Shown one piece after another: positions 20,026-29,581 of a DNA stretch of 64,000 bases (positions are counted from its first letter, which is position 1; each line of letters begins with the position of its first letter). The stretch spans positions 2,080,001-2,144,000 of the forward strand of contig CBDFMQ010000002.1 of assembly GCA_965249725.1 (NCBI GenBank). Reading direction: 5' to 3'. The position numbers and the translations under genes were made by a program. This DNA comes from Longimicrobiales bacterium (lineage in GTDB: Bacteria; Gemmatimonadota; Gemmatimonadetes; Longimicrobiales; Gaopeijiaceae). Under the pieces are notes generated by a model. It saw only the letters and a program-made list of their open reading frames with translations, had not been told where the DNA came from and searched no databases.

Positions 20026-21310
20026 GGCTCCTCTGGAGGACGGGACGGACCAAGTGCCCGAGAGCCCCCGGGCAGACGTCGACACTCGCCGTACCGTGTG
20101 GAGCCGATATCGTGAGCTCTCGCTGGGATCGAAGATCCTGCTCTACATGGTGTTGGGTGGCATTGTCGGGATGGTGCTCGGGGAGCGCGCCACCGTGGTT
20201 CAGCCCCTGGGGGACCTGTTCATCCGGCTGTTGGTCATGGCAGCCATCCCGCTGGTCTTCTTCAACCTCCTCGCCGGACTCACGAGCCTGGTCGACCTCA
20301 AGACCCTGGGCCGGTTGGCAGGCAAGATCCTGTCGTACTACGTGCTGACAACGACCCTCGCTCTCGTCTTCGGCCTCACCTCCATGCACCTGCTGAAGCC
20401 CGGATTGGGCATGACGCTTACCGAGGACGCCAGTCCCTCCGTGGGAGACGTGCCTTCCGTGGTCGACGTGATTCTGGACCTCTTTCCCGAGAACGCGTTC
20501 GAGGCGTTCACCAGCGGAAAGGTCTCACAGATCGTGGTCTTTGCGCTGTTCCTGGGAATCGCCACGGTGCTCCTTCCCGAGGATCGGAGGGCCCCCCTGC
20601 GCTCCGGCTTCGGACTCGTGGCCGAGCTTCTCCGAAAGTTGGTCGACGTGATCATGTGGTTCGGGCCCGTAGGCATCGGCGCCCTGGCCGCGGCGACCCT
20701 GGGCCAATACGGATCGCAGATCTTCGGACCGCTCGCGCTCTTCATCGGAGGCATGTGGCTGGCCCAGGCGGCCATGGTCGTGGTGTACCTGACGCTCCTC
20801 GCCGTGCTCACGCCCTACTCCCCCGTGAACTTCCTGAAACAGACCGGGACCCTCTGGGCCACCACCATCGCGACGTGCAGCAGCCTGGCGAGTCTGGCCG
20901 TGGCCTTCGAGGTGGCCGAGGATCGGCTAAAGCTCCCCCAACGCATCTACTCGTTCACGCTGCCGCTGGGGGCCCAACTCAACAAGGACGGCACGTCCAT
21001 CATGCTGGCGGGGGTCCTGCTGTTCACGGCCCAAGCGGCCGGAGTCGACTTCACACTGGCATCTCAGATCAGCATCATCCTGATCGGGCTGGTGCTGTCC
21101 GAGGGCTCCGGCGGGATCCCGGGCGGTGGTCTGGTGATCGCCCTCATCTTCGTACAGGCGTTCAGCTTGCCCCTGGAGATCGCCGCGATCGTCGCGGGTA
21201 TCTACCGGCTCATCGATATGGGAAGCACGACCATCAATGTCATGGGAGACATGGTGGGCACAGCAATCGTATCTCACTCAGAACGGCATAGCACAGAGGC
21301 TGCGGCATGA
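20018..21310 (+). CDS. Dicarboxylate/amino acid:cation symporter
   Basis: TCSSLASL, LPLGAQLNKDG, GIPGGG, DMGSTTINVMGD. Confidence 0.92.
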   Translation: MAEAPLEDGTDQVPESPRADVDTRRTVWSRYRELSLGSKILLYMVLGGIVGMVLGERATVVQPLGDLFIRLLVMAAIPLVFFNLLAGLTSLVDLKTLGRLAGKILSYYVLTTTLALVFGLTSMHLLKPGLGMTLTEDASPSVGDVPSVVDVILDLFPENAFEAFTSGKVSQIVVFALFLGIATVLLPEDRRAPLRSGFGLVAELLRKLVDVIMWFGPVGIGALAAATLGQYGSQIFGPLALFIGGMWLAQAAMVVVYLTLLAVLTPYSPVNFLKQTGTLWATTIATCSSLASLAVAFEVAEDRLKLPQRIYSFTLPLGAQLNKDGTSIMLAGVLLFTAQAAGVDFTLASQISIILIGLVLSEGSGGIPGGGLVIALIFVQAFSLPLEIAAIVAGIYRLIDMGSTTINVMGDMVGTAIVSHSERHSTEAAA

Positions 21311-22494
21311 CCAGTGACATCTTCGCCGACTTTCGGTCGAATTTCCCCGGGACCAAGGAAGGGGTCTTCACCAACGTGGCCCAAAGAGGGCTCATGCCGA
21401 TTCAGGTGAGGGATGCCATCACCTCGTACCTGGAGCGCCGGACCGGCCTGGGTTGGAGCAAGAAGGAGTCGTTCGATCTCGCGGAAGGAACCCGCACGAC
21501 CTTCGCGAAGTTCGTGAACGCCCAGCCCGACGAGATCGCGTTCATCAAGAACGTCTCAGAAGGGATGAACCACATCGCGGCCGGAATCCAGTGGCAGGCC
21601 GGCGACAACATGGTCATCTGTCCTGCAATCGAGCATCCCGCCAACGTGAACCCATGGTACAACGTGGCCCGTCGTTGCGGCGTCGAGGTGCGCACGGTGG
21701 ATGCCGACGACGGCTGGCTCGCCCTCGACACGTTCATGGCTCGTGTCGACGACCGCACGAGACTGGTGTCCGTCTCGACGGTCACCTTCTCCCCCGGTTT
21801 CGTCACGGATGTCACCGCGCTCTCGGACGCGTGCCGGGACCGGGGCGTTCGGGTGGTGGTCGACGCCGCGCAGTCGATCGGGATTCTCCACACCGATGTC
21901 GAGCAGCTCGGCATCGACGCCTTCGCCGTGGCGACCCAAAAGGGCCTGCTCTCGTGCTATGGGATGGGCTTTCTCTACTGCCGGAAGGACTACGCAGAGG
22001 AGATGCACCCCGCCGCGCTTGCCCGCTTCTCGGTGACCCTGGAGGAGGGCGCACACGAAACGGCACTGACCGGCGAGGACTTCACCCTGGCTCCCGGTGC
22101 CCGGCGCTTCGACGGAGGCAACTACAACTATCTGGGGATCACCGCTGTACGCGCGGCTCTGGGGCTCTTGAACCAACTCGGGACACCCGCGATCGACGCT
22201 TACGTGCGCCGTTTGGCCGCCCGCATGGCCGAGGGGTTCCTGGAGCTGGGCTTACCAGTCTGCGGAGGGGCGCCCGGGCCGCATCTCGGCAACATCGTGG
22301 CGTTGGGCAAAAGCGGCGGGGGACGCCACTACACGGCCGACGACCCAGCGATGAACACGCTCAACGACCTGCTGACCCGCGAGGGCGTCCATCTCTCCAT
22401 CCGGAATGGCGTCCTTCGATTCTCGCTCCACGCGTACAACAACGAAGACGACGTGGATCGGATCCTTGAGATCGCGAGAGAAGTCCCCGGCTAA
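21307..22494 (+). CDS. Class V PLP aminotransferase (cysteine desulfurase/isopenicillin N epimerase-like)
   Basis: EHPAN, VVDAAQSIG, ATQKGLL (PLP Lys), RFSLHAYN. Confidence 0.88.
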   Translation: MTSDIFADFRSNFPGTKEGVFTNVAQRGLMPIQVRDAITSYLERRTGLGWSKKESFDLAEGTRTTFAKFVNAQPDEIAFIKNVSEGMNHIAAGIQWQAGDNMVICPAIEHPANVNPWYNVARRCGVEVRTVDADDGWLALDTFMARVDDRTRLVSVSTVTFSPGFVTDVTALSDACRDRGVRVVVDAAQSIGILHTDVEQLGIDAFAVATQKGLLSCYGMGFLYCRKDYAEEMHPAALARFSVTLEEGAHETALTGEDFTLAPGARRFDGGNYNYLGITAVRAALGLLNQLGTPAIDAYVRRLAARMAEGFLELGLPVCGGAPGPHLGNIVALGKSGGGRHYTADDPAMNTLNDLLTREGVHLSIRNGVLRFSLHAYNNEDDVDRILEIAREVPG

Positions 22495-22516
22495 CCCGGG
22501 TTGGGGCTAGCCGGGG
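22485..22516. terminator. Inverted repeat between convergent genes
   Basis: CCCCGGCTA...TAGCCGGGG. Confidence 0.45.
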
Positions 22517-22530
22517 GTAGCTTCCTCGAC

Positions 22531-23850
22531 CTAGCTGGCGTTCTGGATTTCCTGTGCGACCGCTTGGACCTCGTCCAGCACCCGCAGGAGGTTACCGCTC
22601 CAGAGCATGCCGATCTGCTCCTCGCTGTATCCCCTCTCCACCAACTCCAGCGTGACGTTGAACGTCTCCGCGGCGGAATTCCAGCCGGCGACGCCACCAC
22701 CACCGTCGAAGTCGGAGCTGATGCCGACATGCTCGAGACCGATCAGGTCGACCAGATAGTCGATATGGTCGACGAAGTCGACTACGTCCACCGGAGGCGC
22801 GACGGCCATAACCTCTGCCTCCATCCTGGGCGCGGCCTTCTCGCGGACTTCGTCCATCTTCGCGTCGTATGCAGCCCGGTCCTCCGTGCTCAGATCACGG
22901 ACGGTCCGGCGATCGAGCATCTCGAATCCCATCTCCGCGGCGATCTCGCCATCGAGTGCGCCCTGGGCCTCCTGGTTGGCCGTGTTCTTCACCGGGTCCA
23001 CATAGCTGCGGAAGGCCACCGTCTGCACTACGCCACCGTTTTCCTTCAGGGCGAGAAGCTGCTCGTCGTCCAGGTTACGGCTGACGTCACCGAGAGCCCG
23101 AGCGGCCGAGTGCGAGGCCATGATGGGAGCCTGGGACAGCTCGAGCATCTCCATGATCGCCGGCTTGGACGGGTGGGAGATGTCGATCATGATGCCCACC
23201 TTGTTCATCTCGGCTACGGCCTGGCGACCGAGATCACTCAGTCCGTTGTGCAGCCACACGCCGTCCCTCTCGCCCGTATTGGAGTCGGAGAACTGGCTGT
23301 GGCCGTTGTGGGCCAGCGACATGTAGCGGCCACCCAACTCCTCGAACTTCCGGATGTTGTCGAGATCGAGCCCCACCTGATACGCGTTCTCGATGGCGAT
23401 CATCGCGACCTTCTTACCCGACGCGACGATTCGGCGAACGTCGTCCGACGTGTAGGCGATTTCGATGCGATCGGGAGCCTTCTCTTCGGCGAGCCAGTGG
23501 ATGGCGTTGAACTTGGCCATCGCATCTTCGGTGGCTTGCGCGAAGCCCTCGTCGGTATGCGGGCCCTGGCCCACAAACACCACCATCCACGACACGTCCA
23601 GTCCGCCGGCCTCCATCTTCGGAAGGTTGACCTGATTGGGCAGGTCCATGGTGTAGTTCCGCTCTTCCGTGAAGTTGGCGGGGCTGATGTCGTTGTGGGT
23701 GTCGAGCGTGATGACGCGCTCGTGAATGCCCATGGCCCGTGCGACCAAGTCGTCCTCTGACTCCTGGCCCGAGTCGGCTCCGCCACAGGATACCAGCCCA
23801 AGCATCGAGAAGAGGAGCGCCAGTCTGGGGAGGTGTCTAGCAGTATTCAT
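22531..23850 (-). CDS. Membrane dipeptidase (peptidase M19) lipoprotein
   Basis: DTHND, IDISH, ASHS, SRNLDDEQL, HVGISSDFDGG; lipobox LVSC. Confidence 0.92.
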   Translation of the reverse strand: MNTARHLPRLALLFSMLGLVSCGGADSGQESEDDLVARAMGIHERVITLDTHNDISPANFTEERNYTMDLPNQVNLPKMEAGGLDVSWMVVFVGQGPHTDEGFAQATEDAMAKFNAIHWLAEEKAPDRIEIAYTSDDVRRIVASGKKVAMIAIENAYQVGLDLDNIRKFEELGGRYMSLAHNGHSQFSDSNTGERDGVWLHNGLSDLGRQAVAEMNKVGIMIDISHPSKPAIMEMLELSQAPIMASHSAARALGDVSRNLDDEQLLALKENGGVVQTVAFRSYVDPVKNTANQEAQGALDGEIAAEMGFEMLDRRTVRDLSTEDRAAYDAKMDEVREKAAPRMEAEVMAVAPPVDVVDFVDHIDYLVDLIGLEHVGISSDFDGGGGVAGWNSAAETFNVTLELVERGYSEEQIGMLWSGNLLRVLDEVQAVAQEIQNAS

Positions 23851-23986
23851 GATGGTCCCTGCTCGGATAAATGGTGCAGTGGACGACTCCCTTCACCGGC
23901 GATAATCGCTGCGGCGAGGAGTACGCCCGGAGTTCGTGCGTTGAAGATGGATTGTACAAGCCGAGCACCCCACGGGCCACTGCACG

Positions 23987-26689
23987 CTAGTCTGCCCTCA
24001 AGGACCGGATGGGATCGGCCCTCGTAGCCTGAAGCGCGGGGGCCAGTGTCGCGAAAAGGGCCACCATGGCGAGTCCTCCTGCCACCATCGCGAGGTTGGC
24101 GAGGCTCCGGGGAGCCACACCGTAGAGCAGGCTGGTCAGCACCCCGGACATCGCCAAGGCTAGCCCCGTCCCGATGACCATGCCCCATATGGTCAGGCGT
24201 AGGCTTCCCCCGAGTACATTGGCGACCACCGAGCTCTTGTCGGCACCTAACGCGAGCCGAATCCCCATCTCATGGCGCCGCTGCCCGACCCGGAATGTCA
24301 TCACACCGTACAGCCCCGCGGCCGCCAGAACGAGTGCGATAAGGCCCAAGGCCAACGCCATCTCGGCTCCCATCCTGAACAGGAAGAGCGCGCTGTACGC
24401 ATGAACGTCAGCCGTCTTCACGTCAAAGAGGGGCAGAGCCGGGTGCAGGTCCTTGAGGATGCCGCGGATGGGGGCCACGAGGCTCGCAGGATCCACGCTC
24501 GCATGCACGGTCAACACGGCCCGTGACCCCGGGGCCTGCTCGAACGGCCTGAACAACGCTGGTGTGGTGGCCTCCATGACGGCCCGATACCGGCCGGTTT
24601 CGACGATGCCGACCACCTCGTACGTATCCGCCCCCGCATCCCGGTCGAACCGGATCCGTCGACCTATGGGATCTTCGTTCGGCCAGAGCCGCGCCACCGC
24701 CGCAGCGTTGAGCAAGACGGTTGCCGGGCCATCGGCACGGTCCTCGAGTCCGAACGGACGACCTGCGATGAGTCGGGTGCCAAAGACCTCGAGGTAGTCA
24801 TCGGTGATGGATGAGCTCCAGGTGTTGAGTCCTCGCTCCTCTGGGGCGTATGCCCGATCGTCGGCGTAGATCCGGGTGGACGAGGACCAATCTCCCAAAG
24901 GGAGGCCTGTAGAGACCGTCGCACCGATCGCTCCCGGTAGAGCGGTGACCTGATCGATGAACTCTCTATAGAAGGTGACCGCGTCCAGGGACTCGTCGCC
25001 GGCCAATGACAAATCGAGCGTCGCCATGATGCGTGCTTCGGTCTGGAAGCCCACCTCCATCTCCCGCACGTTGCCGAGACTCTGCGTGAACAGGCCGGTG
25101 AGGAACAACGTGACGAACGAAAGAGCCACCATGCCGACCACGACGGCATTCAGCAGCTTCGTGCCCCCGAAGCGGAGACCTCCCGAGGAACTCTCGTCGC
25201 CACGCAAGACTCCCGCCACCCCGGGCTTGGAAGCCTGAAGGGCGGGCGCCAGTCCAAAGACGAACGTGGCCATGAGAGATGCCCCGACCGTGAAGAGCAC
25301 CGCTCGCATGTCCGGAGCGGTCTGAATCACGAACCGGTACGGAAGGGACGGGAGGAATCGATCGAACAGGCCGGTGGTCCACATGGCGAGCGCGAGCCCG
25401 AGGGAGCCTCCGATGACGGCTAGCAGCGTGCTCTCCGTAAGGAGCTGCCGCAAAAGTCTGCCCCTTCCCGCACCCAGCGCGACACGCAACCCGATTTCAC
25501 GCCGTCGGACCACCGCACGGCTCAGGAGCAGGCTCGCGACGTTTCCGCAAGCGACCAGCAGCACCAGCCCGGAGGCCGCAATGGCGAGCAGTCCGATGAG
25601 GTTGGGAATCTGCGGGGCGTCAGCGGCGACGGAACTCAGCCTCTCGGGCTGAGCTCGAAAGGTGAGACCGGCGTTGGTCTCCGGATACCGCTCCGCAATC
25701 CTCTGCCCAATCACCTCGAGTCCGGCGTTCGCATCCGTCATGTCCGAGCCGGGAGCCAACCGGGCCACGGCGCGCATGTTGTGGCTACCCCTTCGCTCTT
25801 CCCAGTCGCCCCAGACCTCTGCGGCCCGCCAAGAGCGGAGGGGCACCCAAAGGTCCAGTCCCAGGCCCCACTTGGTGCCCTCGAACCCTTCAGGAGCGAC
25901 ACCGATCACGGTCACGTCGCGGCCGTTGAGCTTGAGCACGCTACCGACCACGCTCCGGTCGGAACCGAACGATTCCCGCCAGAGATGATGGCTCAAGACG
26001 GTGACCAGGGGTGACTCCGGTAGACCCTCGGTCGGAGCGTCGAAGAACCTGCCAAAGGCGGGCTCGATCCGTAGAACCTCGAAGTAGTTGGCCGAGACCA
26101 CCTCACCGTAGCCGATCTGGCTGACCTGGTCGGATGTGATCCCGAAGGTGCGCAGAGTGTGAGCGAAGACTCCCTCGAAGAAGTCACCCTCTGCCTCTAC
26201 GTCGGCGAGATTCGGATAGGAGAAGTTGCCGGAACCATCCCGCACTTCGAACAACCGCACCAGACGATCCGCCTCTGGGACCGGCAAGTCCTGCCAGAGC
26301 ATGCCACTCGCAAGGCTGAACATGCTGGTGTTCGCCCCAACGCCTATTGCGAGCGATAGCACGGCGAGCAGTGTGAATCCGGGACTCCTCAGAAGGCCCC
26401 GCACCGAATAGCGTATATCCTGCAGCACGGTCTCCATCGATACCCGTCCCATCGTCGTCGCCCTTGCCCTTCGGTCGTCAGCCCGTGCCCGCCAGGCGCT
26501 TACCGGAAGCTCCGTATAGGTGCGAAGCGCCACCCCCATCGAACCCAGGAGTCCCCCGCGCCGATAGGCTGCCAGACACAGGTCCCTAAAACACTCCTCC
26601 ATGTCCGCCGCGACATCGAAACGGGTCCCGGCCGGATACAGCCCGAGGAGCACGCGGTAGATCCTGACCAGCAGATCGATCGTTCGCAC
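23987..26689 (-). CDS. Duplicated MacB/FtsX-type ABC permease (ADOP-like)
   Basis: SPGFTLLAVLSLAIGVGANT, LLVACGNVA, EIGLRVALGA, ATRADPIRSLR. Confidence 0.92.
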   Translation of the reverse strand: MRTIDLLVRIYRVLLGLYPAGTRFDVAADMEECFRDLCLAAYRRGGLLGSMGVALRTYTELPVSAWRARADDRRARATTMGRVSMETVLQDIRYSVRGLLRSPGFTLLAVLSLAIGVGANTSMFSLASGMLWQDLPVPEADRLVRLFEVRDGSGNFSYPNLADVEAEGDFFEGVFAHTLRTFGITSDQVSQIGYGEVVSANYFEVLRIEPAFGRFFDAPTEGLPESPLVTVLSHHLWRESFGSDRSVVGSVLKLNGRDVTVIGVAPEGFEGTKWGLGLDLWVPLRSWRAAEVWGDWEERRGSHNMRAVARLAPGSDMTDANAGLEVIGQRIAERYPETNAGLTFRAQPERLSSVAADAPQIPNLIGLLAIAASGLVLLVACGNVASLLLSRAVVRRREIGLRVALGAGRGRLLRQLLTESTLLAVIGGSLGLALAMWTTGLFDRFLPSLPYRFVIQTAPDMRAVLFTVGASLMATFVFGLAPALQASKPGVAGVLRGDESSSGGLRFGGTKLLNAVVVGMVALSFVTLFLTGLFTQSLGNVREMEVGFQTEARIMATLDLSLAGDESLDAVTFYREFIDQVTALPGAIGATVSTGLPLGDWSSSTRIYADDRAYAPEERGLNTWSSSITDDYLEVFGTRLIAGRPFGLEDRADGPATVLLNAAAVARLWPNEDPIGRRIRFDRDAGADTYEVVGIVETGRYRAVMEATTPALFRPFEQAPGSRAVLTVHASVDPASLVAPIRGILKDLHPALPLFDVKTADVHAYSALFLFRMGAEMALALGLIALVLAAAGLYGVMTFRVGQRRHEMGIRLALGADKSSVVANVLGGSLRLTIWGMVIGTGLALAMSGVLTSLLYGVAPRSLANLAMVAGGLAMVALFATLAPALQATRADPIRSLRAD

Positions 26690-27045
26690 TAGATGAGTTC
26701 CATAGCTTCCGCCATGCCCACCAGCCCGCGCAGCCGCTCGGCTTCAGCCGTGACCACGCACCGTCCCAACGCGGTGATCGCATAGTACCTTCGCCGCTGA
26801 TCGTCCAGATCAGGCGCGGGACGCCGATCCGTCTCGTCCAGCAGTCCCTTCGAACGGAGCCGTTGGAGAACTGCGTAGAGGTTGCCTGGAACCAGCCGAA
26901 TCCGGCTCTCCGTACGTTCGGCGATTTCGGCAACGATGCCATATCCGTGCAGCTCACGGCCGGCCAGGGTCAGGAGTACCATGAAGTCCACCGGCTTCAG
27001 CGGAATCAGATCCTCGACGTCGTGGGATTCGATCTCTCTTGTCAT
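26689..27045 (-). CDS. PadR family transcriptional regulator
   Basis: LHGYGI, PGNLYAVLQRL, RRRYYAITALG; ATG at 27045. Confidence 0.9.
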   Translation of the reverse strand: MTREIESHDVEDLIPLKPVDFMVLLTLAGRELHGYGIVAEIAERTESRIRLVPGNLYAVLQRLRSKGLLDETDRRPAPDLDDQRRRYYAITALGRCVVTAEAERLRGLVGMAEAMELI

Positions 27046-27094
27046 GGCGGCCGTTCCTGGAGTGAGTCCGTTCGCTTCCACTGTACGGAGATCC

Positions 27095-27117
27095 AGTATA
27101 CTTAGTTTCAGCATACT
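27095..27117. promoter_or_regulatory. Candidate PadR operator
   Basis: AGTATACT-N7-AGCATACT imperfect inverted repeat about 50 bp upstream of the padR ATG. Confidence 0.45.
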
Positions 27118-27122
27118 CGAAT

Positions 27123-27722
27123 TCAGATCTCGAGTACCGCACCCTCCGGACCGACATTGTGGATCTCCGTCAATCCCAGGAACGAGCGCTGACCCCAGCA
27201 CCCATGGATATGGCCGCACACGACCAGGCTTGGCTCCGCACGCTCAATCGCCTCGAGGACGGCACGGCTCCCCAGATGCGCTCCTCCTCCGGCCTCGTCG
27301 ACGTGCCCGTACGGAGGCGAGTGGCTCACCAGGACGGCGTGCGAAGGGCAAGCCTCGAGCATCTCATGCGCTTCTTGCTCACTGAGGTCGAAGCTCCAAG
27401 AGCCGAAGGGGGTGGCGGGGATACCGGCACCGATGCCGAAGAAGTCGACACCGTCGATGCTCACGCCGCCGCCGTGCAGCACGTGGCCCGCCTCCCACCC
27501 GCGGCAAACCTCCCGCAGCTCCGCGTCGGACTCGCCGTTTCCGGGCACGAGCACCGTGGGACGCGCGATCTCCCGTAGGATATCCATCACGTCCTCGATG
27601 CCTCCGCGCTTGACCGCGAAGTCCCCCGCCCCGATGACCACGTCCACACTATCCGAGCGCTCCACGATGGACCGGGCCGCCGCCTGGTCGCGGTGCAAAT
27701 CACTGAAAGCCAGAAGCCTCAT
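27123..27722 (-). CDS. Metallophosphoesterase
   Basis: SDLH, AGDF, PGNGE, SHSPP, CGHIH. Confidence 0.9.
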   Translation of the reverse strand: MRLLAFSDLHRDQAAARSIVERSDSVDVVIGAGDFAVKRGGIEDVMDILREIARPTVLVPGNGESDAELREVCRGWEAGHVLHGGGVSIDGVDFFGIGAGIPATPFGSWSFDLSEQEAHEMLEACPSHAVLVSHSPPYGHVDEAGGGAHLGSRAVLEAIERAEPSLVVCGHIHGCWGQRSFLGLTEIHNVGPEGAVLEI

Positions 27723-27813
27723 GGCTTCAACCTCTTCTCGATTCGGTCCGGGAGCGGGGCGTCCCTAAGTGTCGCCAATGATCCTTCCCGAATCCAGCGG
27801 TGCCGAGGGACCG

Positions 27814-28026
27814 TCAGAGCGAGAGCGGGGATCTACCAACCTGCCATCGCCTCCAAATCAGATAGACGGCAGGGATGACCACGAGGGTGAGAACGGTCGT
27901 ACTGATCATCCCCCCCACCATTGGGGCCGCGATGCGCTTCATCACGTCCGATCCAGCACCGTGTCCCCAGAGGATGGGCATGAGGCCCACCGTGATAGCC
28001 GTAACCGTCATGACGACGGGACGTTG
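27814..28026 (-). pseudogene. cusA: C-terminal remnant of a CusA/CzcA heavy-metal RND efflux pump
   Basis: RPVVMT...[27 protein letters not shown]...LVVIPAVY is the last two TM helices of a family of about 1000 aa; no recognisable upstream part. Confidence 0.85.
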
Positions 28027-28048
28027 ATAGGAATCGGACCGAAGATGC

Positions 28049-28080
28049 TTGACCTTGGAGTGTACTCCAGGCTTTAGTTT
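28049..28080 (+). promoter_or_regulatory. MerR-family (ZntR-like) metal-responsive promoter
   Basis: TTGACC-20 bp-TAGTTT with dyad TGGAGT-GT-ACTCCA in the spacer. Confidence 0.85.
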
Positions 28081-28158
28081 ACGCTTATGGTCGAGCGAAG
28101 ACTCGGCCGGGGCGTATCGTTCGGACGTCCCCAACGCGGCGCAGCAAGGAGGAATCCG

Positions 28159-28338
28159 ATGAAACAGCAGGCCTACTCGCTTTGTCCGGAGTGCACGGCG
28201 TGTCCGGAGGTGACGTTTCTCGAGGACGGCAAGGTCAGCATTGGTGAGGCACCGAACCTCGTTACCCTGACGCGGGAGGAGTGGAACGTCCTGGTTCGCC
28301 TCGTGCGCTCCGGCATGGTCGCGGAGTCACATGGCTGA
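28159..28338 (+). CDS. Small Cys-rich protein ([10 protein letters not shown]), 59 aa
   Basis: AAGGAGG RBS, ATG at 28159, first gene after the MerR-type promoter. Confidence 0.75.
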   Translation: MKQQAYSLCPECTACPEVTFLEDGKVSIGEAPNLVTLTREEWNVLVRLVRSGMVAESHG

Positions 28339-28705
28339 ATCCCGCGCCGCGGCTTCGTCCGCGCTGGTCGCGGCTTTCGGGACTCTCGTCTGCTGTGCTC
28401 TGCCGTCGCTCCTAGTCCTGCTCGGCTTTGGATCTACGGTCGCTGCGGCGGTCTCGGCTGCTCCCTGGCTCGTGGTTTTGTCTCAGAACAAGGCGTGGGT
28501 ATTCCTCGCGTCCGGTCTGTTGATCATCGGGAGTCGAGGGTACTCCGAGTACGTCGTGCCTCGCATCGTCCCGGAGGGGGCCACGTGTCCGCCCGCGCTC
28601 GGGCGGTGGACTCGCGCCATCTGGTGGACTTCCGTCGGGGTGTATGGTGTTGGATTCTTCGTCGCTTTCGCCCTCGGGCCCATCCTGATGAGGCTCGAAG
28701 GCTGA
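28331..28705 (+). CDS. MerT-like heavy-metal transporter
   Basis: TLVCCALP Cys pair in TM1, three TM helices, further Cys (ATCP). Confidence 0.75.
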   Translation: MAESRAAASSALVAAFGTLVCCALPSLLVLLGFGSTVAAAVSAAPWLVVLSQNKAWVFLASGLLIIGSRGYSEYVVPRIVPEGATCPPALGRWTRAIWWTSVGVYGVGFFVAFALGPILMRLEG

Positions 28706-29562
28706 TGCCTCTTTCCGTCCTGAGGTGCCTTCTCGGTATGACCGCCGCCGCGGCGATCGTGGCGCCGCCCTTGTCCTCCCAGGGACACGGGCCAGTGTAC
28801 GGGCTCTCTACGCCGACGCTTGGGCGCGGCGGGTGGAGCCTCGACGTGGCGGGCATGGGACGGTTCATCGAGGGAGGTCGGATGGCGATGATCCGCCCCA
28901 TGCTCAGCTTCGGAGTAACCGAGGACCTCCAGGTATCGGTGTCGATTCCCGTCAGACTGGAACGCGATTCGGTGACTCCTGGGGTGCGGGCCTTTACAAG
29001 GATGCCAGCCTCTCAGGACGTCGAGATGATGGTGGGCTGGCGGTTGCAGAGACGGGGCACGGGTGTGGGTGCCCGACGAGAGACGACGGTCTGGTTGGCT
29101 GCAGACGTACCGACGGACGGGCGTCGCGAGGGACTCGAGACGGCACCCAGTCTCTTTGGCTCCATCGTCACCGGGTACGCTTCGCGTTCGGCCTACCTCT
29201 GGTTGGGAGGGGCCTACGAGCGCTCACTCACGGCCGGACTGGAACATGACCGTGCGGGGGACGTCGCGATGGGAAGCCTGGTCATCGGCTATCGACCGCC
29301 GTCGTTTCGCGGAGACTACCCATCTGCGGACTGGCGTGCCTTCATCGAAGTCGTGGGAGAGGCCGTACGGCGCGACCGGGTCGGAGGCGTCGAAGTGGCG
29401 GACAGCTGTGGCCGACAGCTATACGGCGCCCTCACCCTCCTCGGCCTCTACGGCTCCTGGGGACTGGCCGGCGGGCCGGCCTTCCCCCTATATCAGTCAC
29501 TGAACGGGAATCAATCGGACGAAGGCGTGCGCCTGGCTTTGAACGCGACGTTCTGGTTCTAA
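28705..29562 (+). CDS. Putative outer-membrane beta-barrel protein
   Basis: Signal peptide, mature start near QGHGPVYG, beta-strand pattern, C-terminal ATFWF; ATG overlaps the previous TGA. Confidence 0.65.
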   Translation: MPLSVLRCLLGMTAAAAIVAPPLSSQGHGPVYGLSTPTLGRGGWSLDVAGMGRFIEGGRMAMIRPMLSFGVTEDLQVSVSIPVRLERDSVTPGVRAFTRMPASQDVEMMVGWRLQRRGTGVGARRETTVWLAADVPTDGRREGLETAPSLFGSIVTGYASRSAYLWLGGAYERSLTAGLEHDRAGDVAMGSLVIGYRPPSFRGDYPSADWRAFIEVVGEAVRRDRVGGVEVADSCGRQLYGALTLLGLYGSWGLAGGPAFPLYQSLNGNQSDEGVRLALNATFWF

Positions 29563-29581
29563 CCCAAGGAGAGACTTGCTC

